The notes under the pieces are model-generated. The model saw only the letters and a program-made list of their open reading frames with translations. It did no database searches and was not told the DNA's origin. From the IMG/VR virus record IMGVR_UViG_3300044611_001416: a stretch of DNA of 64,000 bases; one strand, 5' to 3'. The stretch is from an uncultured virus (IMG/VR IMGVR_UViG_3300044611_001416). Its lineage: Duplodnaviria; Heunggongvirae; Uroviricota; Caudoviricetes. Made by a program: the position numbers and the translations under genes. Positions 30,301 to 37,905 of the stretch are shown piece after piece (the first letter of the stretch is position 1; each line of letters begins with the position of its first letter).

Positions 30301-31060
30301 CTTTGCGGGTATAACTATAGACCAAGATTGGGGTCAATCATCTACTTATTTTGTTGATAAATATTTTTATTGTTCAAGCCAAAATGTACCTAACGCCACA
30401 TTCTCAGACTCAACTCAATCAGTCAAATTTTTAGTTGAAAGATGGTCACAAAGAATGAGTTTATTATCCAATGACAGTGCATCGGAAATTGCTAAATTTT
30501 GGATATTAAATGCTAACACATCTGTTACTGATAAAAAATTAAATCCTGTTAATGTTTACGACCAAATGTCGTCAATAGATAAAGGAAATATTGAAACTAA
30601 AGTACAATCGGCGATTAATGAGTTTAATACTCAAACGGGACAACTTAATGTGGGGTCAACACCACCAGTAACACCACCATTAATTGATACATACACTTAC
30701 GCAGTAACAACACCACCATTATTTGAAAATTTAAAGGTTATTGTGGACCCATCGGTCGATGGACTAAGAAATATATTTCAAATAGAGTATGGTTATAATA
30801 TTACTGCGGAGTGTCATGAGGGTAGTGGTTCAGGACAACAATTTGGGACTAATTATGTTTCAACAAATAAACAAAAATTTGAAATTGATTTACAAGGGTT
30901 ATTAACAGAATCTGGTTGTAATAATGTGTCGAAAAGTGAGTATACAGGAACTTATAAATACCAAATAACGGTATTTACTAAACCTGTTAAACCTGATGGG
31001 TCACTTGATACGTCAAGAAACGATTTTTACAAAAGTTATCCTGTAACTTTCACTTTGTAA
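24320..31060 (+). CDS. Giant baseplate hub protein (gp27/gpD-like domain, C-terminal lysozyme-like region)
   Basis: 2246 aa; MMGNAMIQPTMYFNL..FSGPYMITSVNHSISPGSFET hub-like signature; follows the LysM-like gene. Confidence 0.6.
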   Translation: MVGDTENILVEFDYNNITIVDPNKVIDINGNAKERFIKQEDLVFYANLECKVLPRTKLAVGVANNDQIQTVSIATINFLKPGDKTFLDNSYTDEITGKNSVTGEGVNQPKKNSISNPNKPADFFLRQSINSGGKPGATDNGLLGITSINIRQGLDFLPTINVQLEDVKGKALFESGDNSPYAAFFNLPYPLFHLTIKGYYGKAIKLGLMLQSFSSRYDTYSGNFKIDLKFYTYKYTILSEITMAALTATPHMYKSRIKVQTTQGSTDSKFVKVEDGVVEGGYQKVKEMYSEYKSKGMIPDDFPEITLVQMQERIENFIKNVLDSFTKQNLDPLTNLDVYQKTLNDYSGNVYYFNGSSWFEKYMDKNTAFVLTNGNKVYTFKPEISLQNRVTAKAELDGYVKKYNELLDGNETVGANGSYKINNKTTKITIPNGIKSPDTFIPKPEITEKDIDLVQSYRLVKGVKTTPTDTQLAAYQAELIKNKVFNTPVIKNADGNIELIKDYYIFEGTNTFIDNIDKMGKKLKVFREQIQEELTKALSELLQSKDNGIGFVPNIRNVLAVVFANGEAFLRLMDDVHTKAWDKRDSTIRKNSIFNSQTAGASQDNLSSGNNKEQPIYPWPQMIKETSGTDGHEKFEIVYPGDSSVITQTKGFLADEWPEVEFVEEFIRGYVERTSPPSDSTASPNELTEPQRISVDAIEFPIKNDVYGNKEEVKFFYEIYERVLLTTFYSRLGRCNDFISDSDKVTTIIADAENINILKSLSNDNPFIIQKLKEYAYTGENFETVLRHISNEGLGESWQNFIRGIFNTKYIKNLVNNSSFEFINEQILKNSLSQPMVSLPSETQFAEYINDSTTSNEYDFADTYPFTNKNWVKKYLANSNTVLDEKSAFDTTQILTYTSDNKIITNIASYDSGKKPFTNFISEITVTPTEYSTTVGMKAFYETRKNDYKNQLFTEGNLKYNNYNGLVTSEQTVSMFNTPYFINAIQQGVSNFRNFSETPYTEAAYLFLNSLPLSTLREKYKTKNESDDLNYIFATLNKFGGVHKIPYSWVLKYGSIWHRYKKYVETGVDIIGVSWANFDYLNNYDPVNSLPSTMYTFSASTQIGIVDIVLENNVTIGGEVSTTINTGFYPKLINDFNVFYQGFEIFSAYTSTAIQEGIKSGFTLNYVDKAIISKSEGFDTSIPNRDLRIFPWTVSVNTLDNISSFIFPSQGSLVNQTNNECFDANTGEIKFEVMGNKSMYDGSVRTFWTAPNYGYFDDSKIVKVNPDQYLKEIFSGKSFQENYSLNGVITQYSNISEMFSVFEKDVLDLFEVEFLNFSKSKYDYSSEGVGANDSNTAKLFKNFQVLMIELMKQPKITGSTGEDYVRNAQSAQLTNITNLLTRFINNDVVFKNGNPSNYDKKLFYTFSNYDITDPYILDKYTLLTPNAVPVNGGTTTLSSSKSLYPNEWTTLETYVGFSEIPQLVYGNNGSYITDFFVDLNISFTVNNIINFSPIIKIYATQKLKESTMNKKKFIGLMDEYLKKSLDFKNKIFNNLIIKLQKALPDVNNTVQTTIDSVLEGPQTKVELWESFKAINDKWISGNDFKTKTLFEDVLLLDRASRNIGDKILVDVFKLKNRLININPKATMLSFVQSILVENNFVVMNLPSYVNFYNVQDAVKNPKPKVEGTLEFANTLFGTFMNVDYRESSAKMVCFFGGKPSEQLDLKNNVDFRYRNDAFDLRRASDNPLVEDLTNKNDWDKSNKVVGFNVDIGPQNQSMFYGFTVSQDAGQATAESLEVLNQMANQGGNRGGATQSNSLYNLYKNRSYSCNVSMMGNAMIQPTMYFNLRYVPMFSGPYMITSVNHSISPGSFETIIEGIRQPTASLPKIDNYLQTLKTNLLQSIIEKNKLDTQKKNAETKVNSTNVIGQSTEVNNQATQQDSTTANDTIQETCQPNSKYAQWTPLTGPSITTLNYKSVIGTIVSLTNDVKLQKVIFSSIYISSNNNNTLTTYENNFAGITIDQDWGQSSTYFVDKYFYCSSQNVPNATFSDSTQSVKFLVERWSQRMSLLSNDSASEIAKFWILNANTSVTDKKLNPVNVYDQMSSIDKGNIETKVQSAINEFNTQTGQLNVGSTPPVTPPLIDTYTYAVTTPPLFENLKVIVDPSVDGLRNIFQIEYGYNITAECHEGSGSGQQFGTNYVSTNKQKFEIDLQGLLTESGCNNVSKSEYTGTYKYQITVFTKPVKPDGSLDTSRNDFYKSYPVTFTL

Positions 31061-31099
31061 TTTTCTAATAATAAACGATATTTATATATAAACACTATT

Positions 31100-31324
31100 A
31101 TGGACACAAAATTAATATTAGACAACTATTTAGGTAAAAACACCAGAAGCACTGAGAAAGACTTGGGTAATGGTTCTAAACAAGTTTGCGATTTAGACAC
31201 AGGAGATTGTTATACTATCAGAATGAAGGATGGTTTAATTGAAAGAGTTGACAATACAATGACAAAAAATAAAAAAATTCAGGTTGAAACTCTAACAGGA
31301 GTGAAACAACTTTTAAACGGGTAA
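31100..31324 (+). CDS. Hypothetical protein
   Basis: 74-aa ORF with TATTTATA at 31079-31086. Confidence 0.7.
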   Translation: MDTKLILDNYLGKNTRSTEKDLGNGSKQVCDLDTGDCYTIRMKDGLIERVDNTMTKNKKIQVETLTGVKQLLNG

Positions 31325-31328
31325 TCAA

Positions 31329-32015
31329 ATGAAAAGAGTAGACAACAGAATTATTGAGGAAATCTCAAGATATAAATCAATTAACGATTATATTTTTGAA
31401 CAAGAGGCAACATTACCTCCACCACCTGAAGAAGGTATTTTACCTCCTGCAGACCCAAGTGCGTTACCACCACCTCCTGCTGATGCGGGGGCATTACCAC
31501 CACCTCCTGGCATTGAACCACCTGCGGCACCTGGTGCAGTACCAACCCCTGTTGATGTTGCAACTGACCCTGATGTTGAAAAAGTTGGTGAAGAAAAAGG
31601 TAAGACTGAGGAACTTGATATTAGTGACTTAGTTAATTCCCAAAAACAAGTAGAAAAAAAACAAGAAGAATATTTTGATAATTTATTCAAACATCTTACA
31701 GACTTAGAAGGTAAATTAGGTGAAATGGATAATATCATGAATAAGTTGAATGACTTAGAAATGAAAGTTGAGAAATATAGAGAAAAAACACCTCAAGAGA
31801 AATTAGAACTTAGAAGTTTAGATTCTGGTCCATTTAATCAAAAATTATCAGATTTCTTTGAAGATAAAGAAGAAGATATGGAAAAGTCGGGAAAAAATGA
31901 ATATATTTTAACCCAAGATGAGGTTGAGGATTACTCACCAGTAGATATCAAAAAAACTTTTAGAAATTTTGAAGATTTGGATAATCAAATCGATTCTTTC
32001 AAACAAGTCAAGTAA
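31329..32015 (+). CDS. Pro-rich, acidic coiled-coil protein (possible head-internal/scaffold protein)
   Basis: LPPPP repeats followed by heptad-like LTDLEGKLGEMDNIMNKLNDLE. Confidence 0.65.
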   Translation: MKRVDNRIIEEISRYKSINDYIFEQEATLPPPPEEGILPPADPSALPPPPADAGALPPPPGIEPPAAPGAVPTPVDVATDPDVEKVGEEKGKTEELDISDLVNSQKQVEKKQEEYFDNLFKHLTDLEGKLGEMDNIMNKLNDLEMKVEKYREKTPQEKLELRSLDSGPFNQKLSDFFEDKEEDMEKSGKNEYILTQDEVEDYSPVDIKKTFRNFEDLDNQIDSFKQVK

Positions 32016-32020
32016 AATAT

Positions 32021-32043
32021 AAAACGGTCTTCGGACCGTTTTT
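32021..32043 (+). terminator. Rho-independent terminator with cUUCGg tetraloop
   Basis: AAAACGGTC-TTCG-GACCGTTTTT. Confidence 0.85.
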
Positions 32044-32057
32044 AGTTTAAAATTTAT

Positions 32058-32086
32058 TTGACAAATACTCAGATTGTACTTATACT
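32058..32086 (+). promoter_or_regulatory. Sigma70-like promoter TTGACA-N17-TATACT ahead of the replication block
   Basis: TTGACA 32058-32063, 17-nt spacer, TATACT 32081-32086. Confidence 0.65.
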
Positions 32087-32121
32087 TATGATAATATAAA
32101 TCATTAAATACTTTAACAACT

Positions 32122-32973
32122 ATGGCGACAAATTCATTAGACGCAGTTTTGGCTCAATACGAGCAGGCAAAACAAGGTGGTTCTTCTAACACCTCAAAAT
32201 TTACACAAGAAGAAAGAATGAAAAAATACTTTGCAGCTATCCTTAAAGATACTGAAAAACAAGGGCAACGAAGACTACGTATTTTACCAACACCCGATGG
32301 TTCTTCACCATTTAAAGAAGTTTGGTATCACGAAATTCAAGTTGACGGTAAATTTCAAAAATTTTATGACCCGGGTAAGAATGACAACGAGCGTTCACCA
32401 TTGAATGAAGTTTATGAAGAACTACGCTCAACAGGAAAAGAGTCTGACAAAGAATTGGCAAAACAATATTTATCTCGTAAATTTTACATTGTTAAAGTTA
32501 TGGACCGTGATAACGAGTCTGATGGGGTTAAGTTTTGGAGATTCAAACACAACTACAAAAATGAGGGGATTTTAGATAAGATTATTCCTATTTGGAGAGC
32601 TAAAGGTGATATTACTGACCCTGATAACGGTCGTGACATTATTCTTGAATTAACCAAAGCAAAAACACCTAAAGGTGCCACTTACACAGTTATTCAAACT
32701 GTTATGTATGATGACCCAACTCCTGTACACGAAAATAAACAAACCGCGGATTCTTGGATTAATGATGAGTTAACATGGGAAGATGTTTATTCTAAAAAAC
32801 CTGAAGAATACCTTGAAGCTATTGCTCGTGGAGAAACACCACGTTGGGATTCTGACAAAGGCGGTTTTGTATACGAAAACAATCTTGAGACAACAACATC
32901 TTTTGGTGGTAAAACTGAACCAATCGTTGACCCACAAGCAAATGATGATAGTGACACCGAATTACCTTTCTAA
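32122..32973 (+). CDS. Single-stranded DNA-binding protein (T4 gp32-like)
   Basis: RLRILP, PFKEVWYH, GDITDPDNGRDI, acidic tail DDSDTELPF. Confidence 0.8.
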   Translation: MATNSLDAVLAQYEQAKQGGSSNTSKFTQEERMKKYFAAILKDTEKQGQRRLRILPTPDGSSPFKEVWYHEIQVDGKFQKFYDPGKNDNERSPLNEVYEELRSTGKESDKELAKQYLSRKFYIVKVMDRDNESDGVKFWRFKHNYKNEGILDKIIPIWRAKGDITDPDNGRDIILELTKAKTPKGATYTVIQTVMYDDPTPVHENKQTADSWINDELTWEDVYSKKPEEYLEAIARGETPRWDSDKGGFVYENNLETTTSFGGKTEPIVDPQANDDSDTELPF

Positions 32974-32985
32974 TTAAACTTTAAC

Positions 32986-33019
32986 ATAGACACTTGGTAT
33001 TACTGAGTGTCTATTTTTT
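32986..33019 (+). terminator. Rho-independent terminator
   Basis: ATAGACACTTGGTA/TACTGAGTGTCTAT stem followed by TTTTT. Confidence 0.75.
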
Positions 33020-33052
33020 ATAGTTCAAAACAATAATTTAATTTAACCTAAC

Positions 33053-34036
33053 ATGGCAATAAGAAAAAGAGAAATATCTTTGGATACAATCAAAGATAAG
33101 TTCTCAACAAAAACAAAATACAAAACAGAAAGTTTTTATAATTGTGGTGAGGCTTTTATGAATGCTTGCGGATTACCTGGACCTGTAATGGGGGGTATTA
33201 ATATGTTCTTGGGACATTCAAACACCTCAAAAACAACTGCAATGATATTAGCGGCGGCAGATGCTCAGAAAAAAGGACATTTACCTGTTCTTATTATAAC
33301 GGAAAAAAAATGGTCTTGGGAACACGCTATTGAATTGGGATTACAAGCCGAAAAAAATGACCTTGGTGAGTATGATGGTATGTTTATCTTTAATGACTCA
33401 TTTGATGTTATTGAACAAGCAACTAATTTTATTAATGATATTCTTGATGCTCAAGAGAAAGGGGATATCCCTTATAGTATATTATTTTTATGGGATTCAA
33501 TAGGTAGTATTCCTTGTCAGATGACTTTTGATGGTAAAGGTGGTGGAATGCACTCCGCTAAAGTGTTGGCGGATAAAATTGGATTGGGAATTCATTCTCG
33601 CATCTCAAAATCAAAAAAAGAAGATTATCCGTATTATAATACTTTAGTTATTTTAAACCAACCATGGGTGGAATTAGCGGATAACCCTTTTGGTCAACCT
33701 GAAATTCGTGCCAAAGGTGGGACCGCGGTATGGTTAGCAAGTAGTTTAATATTTTTATTTGGTAATCAGAAAAAAGCGGGTATTAGTCATATTGACGCAA
33801 CTAAAAATGGTAGAAAAGTGTCGTTTGCAATTAGAACCAAAATTTCTATTTTGAAAAATCACGTAAATGGTCTCGGTTATAAAGATGGTAAAATAGTTGC
33901 AGTGCCACAAGGTTATATTGCAGATACAAAAGAATCTTTAGATAACTATAAAAAAGAATATTCAGATTATTGGGAAACAAAATTAGGGTATTCTGATTAT
34001 TCTTTGGATGAATCTGAAGATGACTTTGACGAGTAA
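33053..34036 (+). CDS. uvsX: RecA/UvsX-like recombinase
   Basis: Walker A-like GHSNTSKTT, Walker B FLWDSIGS, ILNQ, KGG, KNHV. Confidence 0.8.
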   Translation: MAIRKREISLDTIKDKFSTKTKYKTESFYNCGEAFMNACGLPGPVMGGINMFLGHSNTSKTTAMILAAADAQKKGHLPVLIITEKKWSWEHAIELGLQAEKNDLGEYDGMFIFNDSFDVIEQATNFINDILDAQEKGDIPYSILFLWDSIGSIPCQMTFDGKGGGMHSAKVLADKIGLGIHSRISKSKKEDYPYYNTLVILNQPWVELADNPFGQPEIRAKGGTAVWLASSLIFLFGNQKKAGISHIDATKNGRKVSFAIRTKISILKNHVNGLGYKDGKIVAVPQGYIADTKESLDNYKKEYSDYWETKLGYSDYSLDESEDDFDE

Positions 34037-34067
34037 AAAATATTTTCAAAATACTTAAAAATTTTAA

Positions 34068-35072
34068 ATGGTCAAAACATTAATTGTTGATGGTAACAAT
34101 TTATTAAAAATAGGATTTCACGGAGTTAAAGATTTTTACCACAACGGAAAACACATAGGAGGGTTATGGCATTTTATCAACACAATTAGACGGTTTATTG
34201 ACGAACAAAATTTTGATAAGGTTGTTGTTATATGGGATGGGGATGATAACTCTTCTACCCGCAAACTTATTTACCCTCAGTATAAAAAAAAACTACTTAT
34301 AACCGAAGATTTTAAAGACCAATCTTTTGGAGAACAAAAAGAGAGAGTTAAACAATATTTGGAGGAATGTTATATAAGACAAATTGAAGTAGATAATAAC
34401 GAAGGTGACGATTTGATTGCGTACTACTGCCAAATATCTGAAGACGAAATTAAAACTATTTTTTCGGGAGATAAAGATTTGACACAACTTATCTCAGATA
34501 AGGTTTCGGTCTATTCCCCAAACTCAAAACAAGTGTATAAAAATGGGGATAAAATAAAGATTCAATTCCATGAATTTCCGCATCAGAATATTAAAACATA
34601 TAAAATATTATCGGGTGATAAGTCAGATAATATAGATGGAATTTATTATTTGGGCGAAAAAACTTTAGTTAAATTATTTCCTGAATTGCTTGACCAAACG
34701 GTAACTATTACCGATATTTTAATAAAGGCAGAAACTCTTTTAAAAGAAGATAAAGGTAATAAATCTTTACAAAATTTATTATCAGGTAAAACTAAAACAG
34801 GAGTATACGGTGAAGAATTTTTTATTATTAATGAAAAAATAATAGATTTATCAAAACCATTAATCACCGATGAAGCAAAAGAATTAGTTGAACTATATTA
34901 TCGAGAAAGTTTAGACCCTGATGGGAGAGGGTATAGGAATCTTTTAAAGATGATGATGGAAGACGGGTTCTTTAAATTCCTACCAAAAGTAGATGATGCT
35001 TGGGTTGACTTTGTTCGTCCATACATGAAATTAACAAGAAAAGAAAAAAAAAATTACAAACAAATAAAATAA
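34068..35072 (+). CDS. 5'-3' exonuclease / flap endonuclease (T4 RNase H-like)
   Basis: LIVDGNN, EGDDLIA, SGDKDLTQL, GDKSDNIDG. Confidence 0.9.
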   Translation: MVKTLIVDGNNLLKIGFHGVKDFYHNGKHIGGLWHFINTIRRFIDEQNFDKVVVIWDGDDNSSTRKLIYPQYKKKLLITEDFKDQSFGEQKERVKQYLEECYIRQIEVDNNEGDDLIAYYCQISEDEIKTIFSGDKDLTQLISDKVSVYSPNSKQVYKNGDKIKIQFHEFPHQNIKTYKILSGDKSDNIDGIYYLGEKTLVKLFPELLDQTVTITDILIKAETLLKEDKGNKSLQNLLSGKTKTGVYGEEFFIINEKIIDLSKPLITDEAKELVELYYRESLDPDGRGYRNLLKMMMEDGFFKFLPKVDDAWVDFVRPYMKLTRKEKKNYKQIK

Positions 35073-35074
35073 AT

Positions 35075-35527
35075 ATGAAAGAACAAGAATCAACAAAATT
35101 AGAATTTTTAATGATGGTAAATGATAATATCATTGTACAAAGATATTTTAATGTTAGAAACTTTAACCCTGACGGTAAAAACTCATTAGAGTTTTATAAC
35201 CTGTTGGCTAATTTTAGTTATGATATTAAGTATCAACTAAAAATGAAAACCGCATCATACATGATTGACAATCATTATGAAATTATTAACAATCCTACAA
35301 TATTAGATACATCGTATATTGATGGTCCTGAATATTTTAATGTGTATATTAAGATGGGTGATGTGACAATTTGTCAGAGACAGTTCGACGCAAAAATATA
35401 CCCACCTAAGATAAGATACACCGTAGACGTACGCCCACACCTAAAAAATTTACTTATGTCTTTGACTGACATTTTTTCATCTGAAAATTTAACACTCGAG
35501 TACCTTGGACTTCCTTTAAAAGGGTAA
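35075..35527 (+). CDS. Hypothetical protein
   Basis: 150-aa ORF co-oriented within the replication block. Confidence 0.7.
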   Translation: MKEQESTKLEFLMMVNDNIIVQRYFNVRNFNPDGKNSLEFYNLLANFSYDIKYQLKMKTASYMIDNHYEIINNPTILDTSYIDGPEYFNVYIKMGDVTICQRQFDAKIYPPKIRYTVDVRPHLKNLLMSLTDIFSSENLTLEYLGLPLKG

Positions 35528-35556
35528 TATTTATCAAATACAACAATGAAAAAACT

Positions 35557-36939
35557 ATGGCGTCAAACAAAAATTTCGAATATCTAGGTAGCAGTTTTCA
35601 GCTACAATTATTAAACCAAATTATTATCGACAAAGACTTTGCGAGGTCTATTCTTGATGTAATTGAAACAAATTACTTTGAAAACAAATACTTCAAAATA
35701 ATTATTCAGATGGTTAAAGAATATTACACAAAGTATGAACATGCACCAGCATTTGACACTTTAGAACAAATCACCAAATCTGAATTACAACAGGAACTAG
35801 CGTCAAAAATTGTTATTGATACTATTAATAAAATCAAAGAAGCTCCACTTGAGGGTGGGGAATTTGTTCAGGAAAAAGCTATGAAATTCTGTAAACAACA
35901 AGAATTACAGAAAGTAATGAACAAAGCTCAAAAAATCATCGATGGAGGTGAATTTGAAAACTATGATAAAGTAGAACAATTAGTGAGGAACGCTTTACAA
36001 GTTGGGGAAAGAGAAGATGGACAATCTGATGTATTTTTCAATTTAAGTGAGGTTTTAAATGAGGATTATCGTCATCCAATACCAATGGGTATCCCAGGTA
36101 TTGATAGACTCTTAAAAGGAGGTTTGGCTAAAGGAGAAATCGGTGTAGTGTTAGCTCCTACTGGGGTTGGTAAATCAACACTACTAACAAAAGTTGCAAA
36201 TCACGCTTTTAATTTAGGGTATAACGTATTACAAATCTTCTTTGAAGATAACCCAAAGATTATTCAAAGAAAACATATTACTTTATGGACAAAGGTTCAT
36301 CCTGATGAATTGTCCTTAAAGAAAGAGGAAGTTATGATTAAAGTACAAGAGGTAAAAGATACAATGACCAATAAATTAATCTTAAAAAAACTTCCATCTG
36401 ATACCGTAACTATGTTACAAATTAAAAATCAAATTAGAAAAATGATTGCCGATGGAGTAAGAGTTGATATGGTATTATTAGATTATATTGACTGTGTTGT
36501 TCCTGATAGGAATTTAAGTGATGAATGGAAATCTGAAGGTTCGGTTATGAGAGCATTTGAATCAATGTGTCACGAGTTGGATTTAGTTGGATGGACCGCA
36601 ACTCAAGGTAACAGAAGTTCAATTTCGTCTGATGTAGTAACTACCGACCAAATGGGTGGTTCTATTAAAAAAGCACAAGTTGGACACGTAATCATTACCG
36701 TGGCAAAATCCCTACAACAAAAAGAAATGAAACTAGCAACAATAGCAATTACTAAATCTCGTATTGGTGATGATGGGGTTGTGTTTGAAAATTGTAAATT
36801 TGATAATGGAATGTTAGAGATTGATACCGAAAGTTCGGTTACATTCTTAGGACTAGAGGGACAACAAGAAGAGAGAAACCGTCAACGAGTTAAAGACTTG
36901 TTAGACAAAAGAAAAGAAAAACAACAAACACAAAACTAA
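35557..36939 (+). CDS. Replicative DnaB-like helicase (T4 gp41-like)
   Basis: APTGVGKST Walker [20 protein letters not shown]. Confidence 0.9.
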   Translation: MASNKNFEYLGSSFQLQLLNQIIIDKDFARSILDVIETNYFENKYFKIIIQMVKEYYTKYEHAPAFDTLEQITKSELQQELASKIVIDTINKIKEAPLEGGEFVQEKAMKFCKQQELQKVMNKAQKIIDGGEFENYDKVEQLVRNALQVGEREDGQSDVFFNLSEVLNEDYRHPIPMGIPGIDRLLKGGLAKGEIGVVLAPTGVGKSTLLTKVANHAFNLGYNVLQIFFEDNPKIIQRKHITLWTKVHPDELSLKKEEVMIKVQEVKDTMTNKLILKKLPSDTVTMLQIKNQIRKMIADGVRVDMVLLDYIDCVVPDRNLSDEWKSEGSVMRAFESMCHELDLVGWTATQGNRSSISSDVVTTDQMGGSIKKAQVGHVIITVAKSLQQKEMKLATIAITKSRIGDDGVVFENCKFDNGMLEIDTESSVTFLGLEGQQEERNRQRVKDLLDKRKEKQQTQN

Positions 36940-36947
36940 AAAAAAAC

Positions 36948-37895
36948 ATGGAAAAAATTTTAATAGAGAATCCAAATAGATTCGTTATTTTCCCAATCGA
37001 GCACAATGATATTTGGGAATATTACAAACAACATCAAGCGGCTTTCTGGACTGCGGAAGAGGTTGATTTATCAAATGATATTAGAGATTGGGAAAACTTA
37101 TCAGATAATGAGAGATTTTTCGTAAAAAACGTCTTATCATTCTTTGCGGCATCCGATGGTATTGTTAATGAAAATTTAGCAGAAAACTTCTTAAAAGAAG
37201 TCCAATACCCTGAAGCAAAATTCTTTTACGGATTTCAGTTAATGGCAGAAAATATTCACTCTTTAATGTATTCATTACTTATTGATACCTATGTGTCAAA
37301 CCCACAAGAAAAAGATGAATGCTTTCACGCTATTGATAGATTACCTGCGGTACAAAAAAAGGCAAAATGGGCTTTAAATTGGATAGAGAACTCAACATTT
37401 GAAGAAAGATTAATTGCTTTTGCGGCGGTTGAAGGTATCTTTTTTTCAGGTTCGTTCTGTGCTATTTTTTGGTTAAAGTCTCGAGGTATTTTACAAGGAC
37501 TATGTAATGCAAACACTTTGATTTTCAAAGATGAGAACTTACACTGTGACTTTGCAATTCATTTATTAAATAATCACATTGAAAACAAACCAAGTGAGAA
37601 AAGAATTAGAGAAATTTTATTATCCGCATTAGAGATTGAGAAAGAATTCATTATTGAGTCATTACCAATATCTTTAATTGGGATGAATTCAAATTTAATG
37701 AAACAATATCTTGAATTTGTTACTGATGGTTTATTACTTAAACTTGGATGTAAAAAAGAATTTAATGTGGACCAACCATTTAAATTTATGGAACAAATTG
37801 CGGTAGAAACAAAAGGTAATTTTTTTGAATCAAGGACTATGGAATACCAAAAAGCTAAATTGAACGAAACATTGTCATTTACGGATGATTTTTAA
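36948..37895 (+). CDS. nrdB: Ribonucleotide reductase class Ia beta subunit
   Basis: [29 protein letters not shown] (radical Tyr), [14 protein letters not shown]. Confidence 0.95.
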   Translation: MEKILIENPNRFVIFPIEHNDIWEYYKQHQAAFWTAEEVDLSNDIRDWENLSDNERFFVKNVLSFFAASDGIVNENLAENFLKEVQYPEAKFFYGFQLMAENIHSLMYSLLIDTYVSNPQEKDECFHAIDRLPAVQKKAKWALNWIENSTFEERLIAFAAVEGIFFSGSFCAIFWLKSRGILQGLCNANTLIFKDENLHCDFAIHLLNNHIENKPSEKRIREILLSALEIEKEFIIESLPISLIGMNSNLMKQYLEFVTDGLLLKLGCKKEFNVDQPFKFMEQIAVETKGNFFESRTMEYQKAKLNETLSFTDDF

Positions 37896-37905
37896 ATAAA
37901 AATAT

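Noticed and set aside
11041..31060. Sheath/tube/baseplate cluster as a bacterial contractile injection system (eCIS/T6SS/tailocin)
   Set aside because: Interleaved with neck genes, DNA polymerase, helicase, SSB and RNR, which indicates a phage genome
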